A DNA stretch of 64,000 nt from Candidatus Micrarchaeota archaeon. Lineage in GTDB: Archaea > Micrarchaeota > Micrarchaeia > Anstonellales > Bilamarchaeaceae. The notes under the pieces were generated by a model, which was given only the letters and a program-made list of their open reading frames with translations, ran no database searches and was not told the origin of the DNA. Both the position numbers and the translations under genes were made by a program. Below are positions 56,779-64,000 of this stretch, piece after piece. Every line of letters starts with the position of its first letter. Position 1 is the stretch's first letter. Location: NCBI GenBank assembly GCA_014727925.1, contig WJMN01000047.1, positions 41,833 through 105,832 of the forward strand. Reading direction: 5' to 3'.

Positions 56779-57234
56779 TTAGGCAATCATTTTTCCCAGA
56801 AGCGCAGAAATCCATCTCTCAAAAAACAGCTCTTTCTTTTTTTCCAGTGTCCTGGCTTTCTTGAGGTCAATCCACCTGAAGCCAGAGAATTTTTCCGCGG
56901 GCCGGCATTTCATTTTTTTTGCAGTTACCTTGAAAACAAGCAGGGGGACCCATTTTTTGTATTTCCTGCTTCCTGCATTATACTTCCCCTCAAAAATTGC
57001 CTCGTGTATCTCTCCGTCTATTCCAGTCTGCTCCTCAAATTCCCTGTTTATTTCAGATACCGGGTCATCTCCCCCTTGTATTTTTACAAACGGCAGGGCC
57101 AGCCTCTTTTTTCCGCCCCTCTCATGCTCAAGGAACAGCACCCTGCCCCTGTCTTCCAGCATTCCGCAGGCAACTGCCTTTGGATAAGTTACCGGCTTTT
57201 TCCTCCTCCCCATAAATAAGCATATCCATGACAA
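56779..57234 (-). CDS. NUDIX hydrolase
   Basis: Nudix-box-like GGDDPVSEINREFEEQTGI, 151 aa. Confidence 0.6.
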   Translation of the reverse strand: MSWICLFMGRRKKPVTYPKAVACGMLEDRGRVLFLEHERGGKKRLALPFVKIQGGDDPVSEINREFEEQTGIDGEIHEAIFEGKYNAGSRKYKKWVPLLVFKVTAKKMKCRPAEKFSGFRWIDLKKARTLEKKKELFFERWISALLGKMIA

Positions 57235-57243
57235 GCGCTATGC

Positions 57244-57663
57244 TCAGAATAGCCCCTTTCCCCGTTTTCCGCGGGGTCTTCCCATTCCCCTGCCTTCTAT
57301 GGGCCGGCAGCCTCCTCTCCCCTTGTTTGCCTTCACTCCTCTACCCGAGCCGTCTCTTTTTGGAACTCCTTTTTCTAAAACCACATAATCTCCTCCCTCT
57401 ATGTTTATCTTCTTCCCGTTTACGATTGCATCCGCAACTTTTTTTCTTGCAGCCTCGAGGATTCTGCAGAAAGTTGGCTGGGAAACGTCCATCTCTTCTG
57501 CTGCTTTTTTCTGCTCATGGTCCTCTAAGTCCTTGAGCCTAAGGGCTTCAAACTCGTCCACGCTCAGGCAGACCGCTGCACCTTCCGGCAGAAAGCCGCA
57601 AGGGCCGAATTTTGAGTAGTGGGGCTCTTTCCAGACTCTGCGGAACCTTCTTCCTCTTGGCAT
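57244..57663 (-). CDS. DUF134/UPF0251 predicted DNA-binding protein
   Basis: MPRGRRFRRV...P...FGPCGF...VCLSVDEFEALRLKDLE...QKKAAEEMDVSQPTFCRIL matches the DUF134 family. Gly/Arg-rich C-tail. Confidence 0.75.
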   Translation of the reverse strand: MPRGRRFRRVWKEPHYSKFGPCGFLPEGAAVCLSVDEFEALRLKDLEDHEQKKAAEEMDVSQPTFCRILEAARKKVADAIVNGKKINIEGGDYVVLEKGVPKRDGSGRGVKANKGRGGCRPIEGRGMGRPRGKRGKGLF

Positions 57664-57694
57664 AGAGTAATAGGCGTTAAACTCTTTTTAAATT

Positions 57695-58831
57695 CTATTC
57701 TATTTCGCCCATTTCTCCGATGCTCTCTAGAACCAGCTTTTCCCCCTCCATTTCCCCATAATACTTTTCTACAATTTCTTTTTTTGCCTTTGTAACCGGA
57801 TTATTTACTGCCACGAGTGAGCAGCAGTCCTGGTAATCCTTTATGCTTTCCACATACGTTCCCATTTTCTCCGCCCAATCTACAATCTCCATCTTGTCCA
57901 TTGAAACCAGGGGCCTAAATACCGGAATCTCCAGCCCGTGCTGCGCTGCTCCGATGTTCTCCAGCGTCTGGCTTGCAACCTGCCCAAGCGAATCCCCGCT
58001 CACAATCCCCCCATATCCGTTTTCCAGCGCCACCTTTTCCGCAAGTTTGTAGAGGTATCTCCTGAATACCACCAGCTCATACTTCCTTTCCACTTCCCCT
58101 GTCCTCGCATAAAACCTATTGTAAGGGACAACGAGCAATTTGCCTTTTCTATGCTGCCAGGAGTCCAGCTCCCTCACCAGCTTCTCAATCTTGCTTCCTC
58201 CCACTTCTGCATTCTTTTCAAAGGGGTGCACGTGCAGAAAATCCACTTCGCACCCCCTCTTCATCATCATCCCCGCAGCAACAGGCGAGTCTATCCCCCC
58301 GCTCATAAGGCACAGCACTTTCCCCCCAACTCCAACTGGAAGTCCCCCCCGCCCCTTCAGCTTTTCAAAATACACAAATGCCTTTTTCTGCAGCACCAGT
58401 ATCCAGACCGTTGCCTCCGGATTGTCCAGGTCTACTCCTGCCCCTGTTTCTTCCTGTATTCTTCCCCCTATTTCCCCGCTCAGTTCCATGGATTTCATCG
58501 GGAAATTCTTATCACTCCTTCTTGTTTTTACTGCAAATGTTTTGCCCTCCACCCGCTTTAGGTTCTTTTTCACGCACTTCCAGATGGATTCCAGCTCCGG
58601 CCTGCACTCTTCTGCAATTGCAAACCACTCAATGCCGAACACTTTGCCCAGCTTTTCACATACATTACTTTCTGCAAACTTTCCTTCCGCAATAACCCTC
58701 TTCTGCTCGATTTTTACTTCCGGCTTTGCAGGAAGCAGTGCTTTCCGCACATTTGCAGCAAGCTTCTCCTCAAAGCTCCTCCTGTTCTTTCCCTTCAGCC
58801 CTATCTCCCCATAATGGATAATTGCAATCAT
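57695..58831 (-). CDS. thiI: tRNA 4-thiouridine synthase ThiI (THUMP plus PP-loop)
   Basis: N-terminal MIAIIHYGEIGLKGKNR (ferredoxin-like/THUMP), PP-loop LCLMSGGIDSPVAA. Confidence 0.88.
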   Translation of the reverse strand: MIAIIHYGEIGLKGKNRRSFEEKLAANVRKALLPAKPEVKIEQKRVIAEGKFAESNVCEKLGKVFGIEWFAIAEECRPELESIWKCVKKNLKRVEGKTFAVKTRRSDKNFPMKSMELSGEIGGRIQEETGAGVDLDNPEATVWILVLQKKAFVYFEKLKGRGGLPVGVGGKVLCLMSGGIDSPVAAGMMMKRGCEVDFLHVHPFEKNAEVGGSKIEKLVRELDSWQHRKGKLLVVPYNRFYARTGEVERKYELVVFRRYLYKLAEKVALENGYGGIVSGDSLGQVASQTLENIGAAQHGLEIPVFRPLVSMDKMEIVDWAEKMGTYVESIKDYQDCCSLVAVNNPVTKAKKEIVEKYYGEMEGEKLVLESIGEMGEIE

Positions 58832-58867
58832 GCAATAAGATTAAATCAAAACCTAAAAAAAGCGACT

Positions 58868-59812
58868 CTACATCCTGCCCCGCAAAGGCCGCGGCTGATA
58901 AACCCCCCTCCTGCTCTTAACTCTTATATGCGGAGGCCTGAAGGCTCTTTTTCCATCAAAGTATCTTGCTTCTATGGTGTCCCGCACATCCAGCACAGTT
59001 ATGCCTGCAACGCGTGGCGGCCTGAAATCTGTCCTCAGATATGGAAGAGCATAAGTAACCGAAGGGGTGCCCACCACTACCAGTTTTTGTTTCAGCCCAC
59101 ACCCCGAATATGTCCCTGCAAATGGGGAGTGCGCATGCGAGCACAATATGTCTGCCCGGGCCTTCACAATCTTTTCAAGCAGTTCTTTTTTTGCCCAGAG
59201 ATTGTACCCTACTTTCCTGCCCCACCTGTCCGTTACCCATGTTAATTTGTCCGGGGGAAAGTGGGTTGCGACGACCCTCCTTCTGCTTCCACCTGCCCAT
59301 AATTCAGAATCCAGGAAATCAACATCCAGTTTTTCTGGGTGGATGCCCGATAGTAAAATAAATCTTGTTTCGCCGACCATAAAAGATGAGTTGCCGATAT
59401 GCTCTTCCCGGACAGTTCCGCGCAAAACCCCACGGGCAAGCTCTTCGCTCCCATCATGGTTCCCAAAATTCAGGTGGGGAATAAACCCCCTTTCTTTAAG
59501 CGAAATGTATAGCCGCGCAAACTGTTCCCATTGCCACTCCCCATTTATGCATGTTTCTGCAAGGTTCGGAAACTCCAGCATATCTCCGTTGAAGATTAAA
59601 TGGAAACCCCTTTTACCTCCTGAAAGTGAAGCAAGGGACTCAACTAGCGCAGATGCTTTCTCTGAAGGATTGTCCCGTGTAAGGTGCAGGTCCCCCACTA
59701 CAAATATACTGTTTCCGGGCTCAGGCTCTGTTTCATATGAAATCGAAGGGATAAGCTTTACTGCCCCAAATGCAGCTGCGCCCGCAAGAAGTTGCCTCCG
59801 GCTTAGTGCCAT
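58868..59812 (-). CDS. Tat-secreted metallophosphoesterase (calcineurin-like)
   Basis: Twin-arginine motif SRRQLLAGAAAFGAV. Phosphoesterase motifs GDLH, GDMLE, GNHD. Confidence 0.75.
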   Translation of the reverse strand: MALSRRQLLAGAAAFGAVKLIPSISYETEPEPGNSIFVVGDLHLTRDNPSEKASALVESLASLSGGKRGFHLIFNGDMLEFPNLAETCINGEWQWEQFARLYISLKERGFIPHLNFGNHDGSEELARGVLRGTVREEHIGNSSFMVGETRFILLSGIHPEKLDVDFLDSELWAGGSRRRVVATHFPPDKLTWVTDRWGRKVGYNLWAKKELLEKIVKARADILCSHAHSPFAGTYSGCGLKQKLVVVGTPSVTYALPYLRTDFRPPRVAGITVLDVRDTIEARYFDGKRAFRPPHIRVKSRRGVYQPRPLRGRM

Positions 59813-59839
59813 AGAATTAATTTGTGGTTAGAAATGTAT

Positions 59840-60748
59840 TTAAGGTTCAACTACTGTTCCCGCCTTCCCTTCAATCGCTTTTTCAATTTCCACAAGCGCG
59901 CAGATTACAGCCTTTCCCCCGGTGCTATTTACAAATTCTACGCATGCCTCTATTTTTGGCTTCATGCTTCCTTCTGCAAAATGCCCTTCTTCCATAAATT
60001 CCGCAGCTTCCCCGGTGCTTAGCCGGTATAGCCCGCGCTGCCCCTCTTCTCCGAAATCTAAATACACCTTGTCTATAGAAGTTGCAATAACCATCATGTT
60101 CGCGCCTATTTCCTTTCCAATCAGCGCACTTGCCCTGTCCTTGTCTATTACTGCATCCAGCCCGGAGAGCTTTTCTCCTTCTCTGGACACGGGTATTCCC
60201 CCTCCCCCTGCTGCAATTACAACAATTCCTGCATCCAGCAGGCTCTTTATCGCCTCTATTTCAACCACTTTCTTCGGAAGCGGGGAGGAAACGACTTTTC
60301 TCCAGCCTCTGCCCGCATCCATTACCATCCCATCTTCAATTTTTTCCTCATAAAAAGGCCCAACAGGCTTTGTCGGGTTCTTGAAACCTGGGTCGTCCCT
60401 GTCCACCACAATCTGTGTAATTATGGTGGCAACGGTGCGGTGGCTTACTCTTTCAAGCTCGCTTTGTATAAAATATCCAAGTTCCCCCTGGCTCATCGCC
60501 CCGCAGACATCCATGGGCATTGCCGCTACCTCCCCTTTTGCCCTCTCCTGCTGGATTAGGAGATTTCCCACCTGTGGCCCGTTTCCGTGCGTGATTACTA
60601 CCTGATTCCCCTCTTCAATGATTTTTGTTACTGCTTTGCAGGTTTTTGCAATGTTTTCCCTCTGCTCCTCTGCCGTCCCTTTCTGCCCCTTTGCAAGCAG
60701 CGAGTTGCCCCCGAGCGCAAGTACAATCTTCATGCCCAGAATTTGCAT
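59840..60748 (-). CDS. arcC: Carbamate kinase
   Basis: MKIVLALGGNSL...VITHGNGPQVGNL and amino acid kinase fold motifs. 302 aa. Confidence 0.88.
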   Translation of the reverse strand: MQILGMKIVLALGGNSLLAKGQKGTAEEQRENIAKTCKAVTKIIEEGNQVVITHGNGPQVGNLLIQQERAKGEVAAMPMDVCGAMSQGELGYFIQSELERVSHRTVATIITQIVVDRDDPGFKNPTKPVGPFYEEKIEDGMVMDAGRGWRKVVSSPLPKKVVEIEAIKSLLDAGIVVIAAGGGGIPVSREGEKLSGLDAVIDKDRASALIGKEIGANMMVIATSIDKVYLDFGEEGQRGLYRLSTGEAAEFMEEGHFAEGSMKPKIEACVEFVNSTGGKAVICALVEIEKAIEGKAGTVVEP

Positions 60749-60837
60749 CTCACAATTAAAACAGTTGCTTTCTCAGGAACCTGTTTTTTATTGCCTTCGA
60801 TTCATAATTATAGCCATATATCCCAAAAAGTGATAAC

Positions 60838-61707
60838 ATGGAAGAGCTCACAAAACCTCTGCTGAATTTTCTTGATGGAACCCCGGATAAGAGAAAAAAA
60901 TGGATAAAGAAAGTCCTTTCCCACCCTGAGCCCGAGCTCATGATGGGAGCTGCCGGCATGATTTACCCACTTGCAACTCCACGGGAAAAAGAGTTCATAC
61001 GGGATAAGATGGGACATGACCAGGCAGAGAGCATAGTAGAATTCTCCGCTACATTCTACAGGTTTTTCTTCAGGGAGGTGCTTGCAGAGTTTGTCCCAGG
61101 GGAAACAGACAGGATACTCCTTGAAGCACTCAGGTCTCCTGACCCCCATGCCAGGGGGGAAGCGGCAAAGGCCTTTGCAGAAAACAAGGCATACCCCAAT
61201 CTCAAGATTCTCCATGCGCTGACCTTACTTTTGGGGGAAGGTGAAAAGGAGGTAAGAGATTCTGCTGCAGCAGCGCTGAAAAATGCCCACGAGGAGGGGT
61301 TTTCCCTATTCTTGTCTGCATTCCATTCAGGCGAAACCCGCGCAGCCCGCTCAATTGCATTGGGAGTATCCAAGGAGAACTCAGCCTCCCTGCTCATGTA
61401 CCTATGCATGTGCTCTGAACACTTTGGCATACATCCTAGGGAATTGCCCCGCGCGGTGCTTTTGGAGCTTTCTGATTCCTCAAAAATTAATGGGTGGGAC
61501 TTCACAGAGGCGGCCCGGCCCGCTCTCCAGCTTTTCCGCAGCCGCGGAAAAAGCTCTTCATGGTTTGCCAATGGACTTTCCAGGAAAGAGGCATTCTCCC
61601 GCATAAAAAAGATGTTCGGAGATTCAGTAGCTAAGAAGCAAATCCCAAGTAAGAGGATACCTAATTCAATTGCTCCGCCCCCAAGAAAAAACCGCGCACG
61701 CTACTAG
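60838..61707 (+). CDS. HEAT-repeat protein
   Basis: Repeats of LRSPDPHARGEAAKAF / EVRDSAAAALKNA type (PBS-lyase HEAT-like). Confidence 0.45.
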   Translation: MEELTKPLLNFLDGTPDKRKKWIKKVLSHPEPELMMGAAGMIYPLATPREKEFIRDKMGHDQAESIVEFSATFYRFFFREVLAEFVPGETDRILLEALRSPDPHARGEAAKAFAENKAYPNLKILHALTLLLGEGEKEVRDSAAAALKNAHEEGFSLFLSAFHSGETRAARSIALGVSKENSASLLMYLCMCSEHFGIHPRELPRAVLLELSDSSKINGWDFTEAARPALQLFRSRGKSSSWFANGLSRKEAFSRIKKMFGDSVAKKQIPSKRIPNSIAPPPRKNRARY

Positions 61708-62465
61708 TGTTTCTCAGGGTTCCAGGGAAGAATGGGCACAACTGACAAATCGCCAACAGGGTATATTCTCTCTCCCCTCTCATTCTCAAGGATTCCGCCG
61801 CAGTCTCCTATTCTTTTTACAACTTCCTCCCGCATCCCGGAAAATGCCCCTGCCATCTTTCCCCAGGAACCTCCCCCTGCTATTCCAACATAATCAATAT
61901 CCGAATCCGTAAGGTGGCCTATTCCTACCCTGAGCAGCCCTGTTATTGCAGGGCACATCGGGTCCAGCACTATTGCCCATCCATTATAGTTTTTGAGCCT
62001 CGCTTCAGCCATTGGATATATCCTGCACACCGAAGGCTGGGAACCATACATCCTGCACCTGAAGGGGGCACCCTCTTCCCTGTTCATGGTTTTCTGGAGG
62101 ATTTCCTGGGGTATTGATGCTTCTCCTTCTCCAGCCTCAAGAAAACCGCACCGACTTTCCCCCTTCCCCGGAAAGACCAGAAAAACTCTCTCCTGTTTCC
62201 TCCCCGTAGGTATGACCTTGAATTTTTTGTCTTCTCTTTTTACCCCCTTCATTATTGTTTCATAATGCGGCTCCTTTGCGCTGAAGCTGAAACCTGCGCT
62301 GCAGCATTTTGCGCAGAGCCTGCAGCTGTAGGATGAGAGCACTGCGGCAGCCAGGCCTTGGTTCTCCATTTCCAAAGGCAGCCCCCGTATTATTGCCTTT
62401 CCCCTTATCTTTTCAATCCTGGTTTTGGAATATTCCTTTCGGATCTGCCTTAGGGCGTTCCGCAT
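61704..62465 (-). CDS. YkgJ/UPF0153-like Fe-S or zinc-chelating domain protein
   Basis: CRLCAKCC (CxxCxxCC) plus downstream CGFL...CRMYGSQPSVCRIYP, typical of the putative zinc/iron-chelating domain. TATA box (62486-62497, minus strand) 25 nt upstream of the start. Confidence 0.55.
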   Translation of the reverse strand: MRNALRQIRKEYSKTRIEKIRGKAIIRGLPLEMENQGLAAAVLSSYSCRLCAKCCSAGFSFSAKEPHYETIMKGVKREDKKFKVIPTGRKQERVFLVFPGKGESRCGFLEAGEGEASIPQEILQKTMNREEGAPFRCRMYGSQPSVCRIYPMAEARLKNYNGWAIVLDPMCPAITGLLRVGIGHLTDSDIDYVGIAGGGSWGKMAGAFSGMREEVVKRIGDCGGILENERGERIYPVGDLSVVPILPWNPEKH

Positions 62466-62577
62466 ATGTTTTTAGGGGATGTAAAAGTATATAAAAGTTA
62501 TCTTTTGAGTTTTTTTGTGTGTTGAATTTGTTTGTTTTTTAACTGTTTCCCACCTAATCCTCTACAGGGAGATTCCA

Positions 62578-62739
62578 ATGGCACAGAAAGTTCGAGAAAA
62601 ACCAACGATGGTCCCCACAAGAGTGGAGCAGGAGCACATAGTGCCCAAGAGAGTGAGGAACACCCAGAACAATTTCTTTGTGCAGCGCAGGGAGCGCCCC
62701 CGCAATAGGGGTAGGACAAATGGCATCAGGATTTCCTGA
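62578..62739 (+). CDS. Small basic hypothetical protein (53 aa)
   Basis: ATG at 62578 (MAQKVREKPTMVPTRVEQEHIVPKRVRNTQNNFFVQRRERPRNRGRTNGIRIS) in a 330-nt intergenic region. No Cys. Coding status uncertain. Confidence 0.3.
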   Translation: MAQKVREKPTMVPTRVEQEHIVPKRVRNTQNNFFVQRRERPRNRGRTNGIRIS

Positions 62740-62796
62740 AGCATGCGCCCTTGTTTTTATTGGTTTTGCCCCCATATAATATGAGGTGTATATCCT

Positions 62797-63819
62797 ATGC
62801 CATATGAATCAAGGGAAACTTCTTTTGAGAAAGGAACTGTTGCCGACCGGCTCGTAAGGCTGGCAGGGGTTGAGCCCCACCTGAAGGTTCTCAGCAATCT
62901 TGAAAACAAGGAGAGCAGGAGCAACTCAGAGGAAATCCTGCGCATGGACCTTTATATGTATGTTCTCAATGAGCTGGATTCTGCAAAGGAAAGCTTTTCA
63001 GGCCCGGAAAAGGAGGACGCTGCCAGGTATGTTGGAAGGCTTAAGGGCGAGTACAGCATAAACACTGAGGATATCCATGAGGTAGGGGGAGAGGGAAATG
63101 CCCTTTCCCAGCAGGACATGGAAAAGGAACTGCTTAATTATTATATTTCAGAGTATCTCCTTGGGATGCGCACACCCGGTGAACAGGGGAACAGGCTCCG
63201 CAAGTATGCAACGAATGAACTGCAGTCTTATCTTAAATCTTCGGGAGCCGGCAGCCTTGTTGAGCTTGGGAAGAAGAGCGGGATTGTTGGCAAGGGCCTG
63301 GATGTGCTGGCATATTGTGACCCCACAGGGCAGGAGTTTGGCAAGCCCACCAGCCCGCCCCCCGAAGAAGAGATAGCAGAAGGCGAAATAATGGACTTTA
63401 CCCAGGATCCTCCACAGGAGATTGCAACAATGGATTTTACAAAAGAGAGGGAAAAAACGCTTGCAATTCCTATAAAGCGTGGAGCTACAGAGGATGACCT
63501 ATCCTCTATAATAGATGCTTACCTTGACGAGAGAAGGGGGGAGCTTTCACTAGATGAGTTCAGAGAAATCAAGGAGAGCGTAGCCAACCTCAAGGAAGCA
63601 TTCAGGAAATATTCCGAATTTCAGAGTGAAGTTGGCGACAGCCCTACCCAGGATCAGCTTGAAGAGCTGGACAATCGGATGGAGAAGATTGAAGAGGCAA
63701 AGAAGGAACTCATTAAGCACATGGACAAAGTTGGCGAAGAAAAAGTCCTTCCCCTGGTAACTTCCCTAAGCGAAAAGTACCGGAAGCAGCGCAAGGAGCT
63801 CGAATCAAAAATGGCATAG
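62797..63819 (+). CDS. Hypothetical acidic coiled-coil protein
   Basis: 340 aa, Glu/Lys-rich, no motif. Confidence 0.4.
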   Translation: MPYESRETSFEKGTVADRLVRLAGVEPHLKVLSNLENKESRSNSEEILRMDLYMYVLNELDSAKESFSGPEKEDAARYVGRLKGEYSINTEDIHEVGGEGNALSQQDMEKELLNYYISEYLLGMRTPGEQGNRLRKYATNELQSYLKSSGAGSLVELGKKSGIVGKGLDVLAYCDPTGQEFGKPTSPPPEEEIAEGEIMDFTQDPPQEIATMDFTKEREKTLAIPIKRGATEDDLSSIIDAYLDERRGELSLDEFREIKESVANLKEAFRKYSEFQSEVGDSPTQDQLEELDNRMEKIEEAKKELIKHMDKVGEEKVLPLVTSLSEKYRKQRKELESKMA

Positions 63820-63832
63820 AAGGTTTTGATTT

Positions 63833-64000
63833 ATGGATTCTGAAGAGAAGTGGATTAATATAGGAATAGCTGTTTCAGTTTCCCCCGAGAAAAGGGAGGG
63901 GATGGAGAAGCTGCTCAAGCTTTATGCTGATGAGCTTGGCTGGGAAGTTTCCTCCAGGGAAGTTCCCTCTGAAAAAGAGAAGAAGGCGGAGGTATTGATT
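63833..64000 (+). CDS. Hypothetical protein (5' partial, runs off the window)
   Basis: ATG at 63833, open to the end of the window (MDSEEKWINIGIAVSVSPEKREG...). Confidence 0.3.
   Translation, partial: MDSEEKWINIGIAVSVSPEKREGMEKLLKLYADELGWEVSSREVPSEKEKKAEVLI

Noticed and set aside
1-64000. CRISPR arrays, IS elements or transposases, integrases
   Set aside because: No regularly spaced short repeats and no transposase or integrase-like ORFs are visible. The only exact repeat is the 2 x 86-bp duplication upstream of dph2, which has no spacer structure and is not CRISPR-like.

Overview
Archaeal chromosomal segment, about 64 kb, densely coded on both strands. Archaeal identity rests on a complete A-type ATP synthase operon (atpHIKECFABD), the ether-lipid genes CarS, GGPP synthase and a UbiA prenyltransferase, archaeal DnaG, Orc1/Cdc6, Dph2, RNase P Rpp30 beside L15e, and a Pab1020-type RNA ligase with its UPF0278 partner. 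Other clear housekeeping genes are LeuRS, PEP synthase, PurC, ThiI, carbamate kinase, SppA, an NSS transporter and a Na+/H+ antiporter. Three regions are not explained by housekeeping and look like an envelope or surface module. (1) 2849-9526: six translationally coupled, mutually paralogous polytopic membrane proteins. They share an internal LPxGxxLRxFPxTRxxG...P motif and a conserved C-terminal tail, and I cannot place the family. (2) 16709-20981: a small Cys-rich membrane protein coupled to sppA, then five consecutive genes whose products begin with class III (type IV prepilin-like) signal peptides (RK[G/A] then a hydrophobic helix, three with Glu/Asp at +5/+6). This is a pilin or pseudopilin operon with no ATPase or platform gene in the window. 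(3) 25149-29369: a 1406-aa surface protein carrying dozens of N-x-S/T sequons, a Pro/Glu/Thr-rich stalk and a C-terminal TM plus KKR anchor, expressed from a strong leaderless promoter. Two other points stand out. An 86-bp tandem direct repeat duplicates the dph2 promoter and the first 26 nt of its coding sequence twice. A membrane-anchored 800-aa HExxH protein lies immediately after the ATPase operon. No CRISPR array was seen. No tRNA or rRNA gene was found, but intergenic regions were not exhaustively scanned. No transposase was seen.
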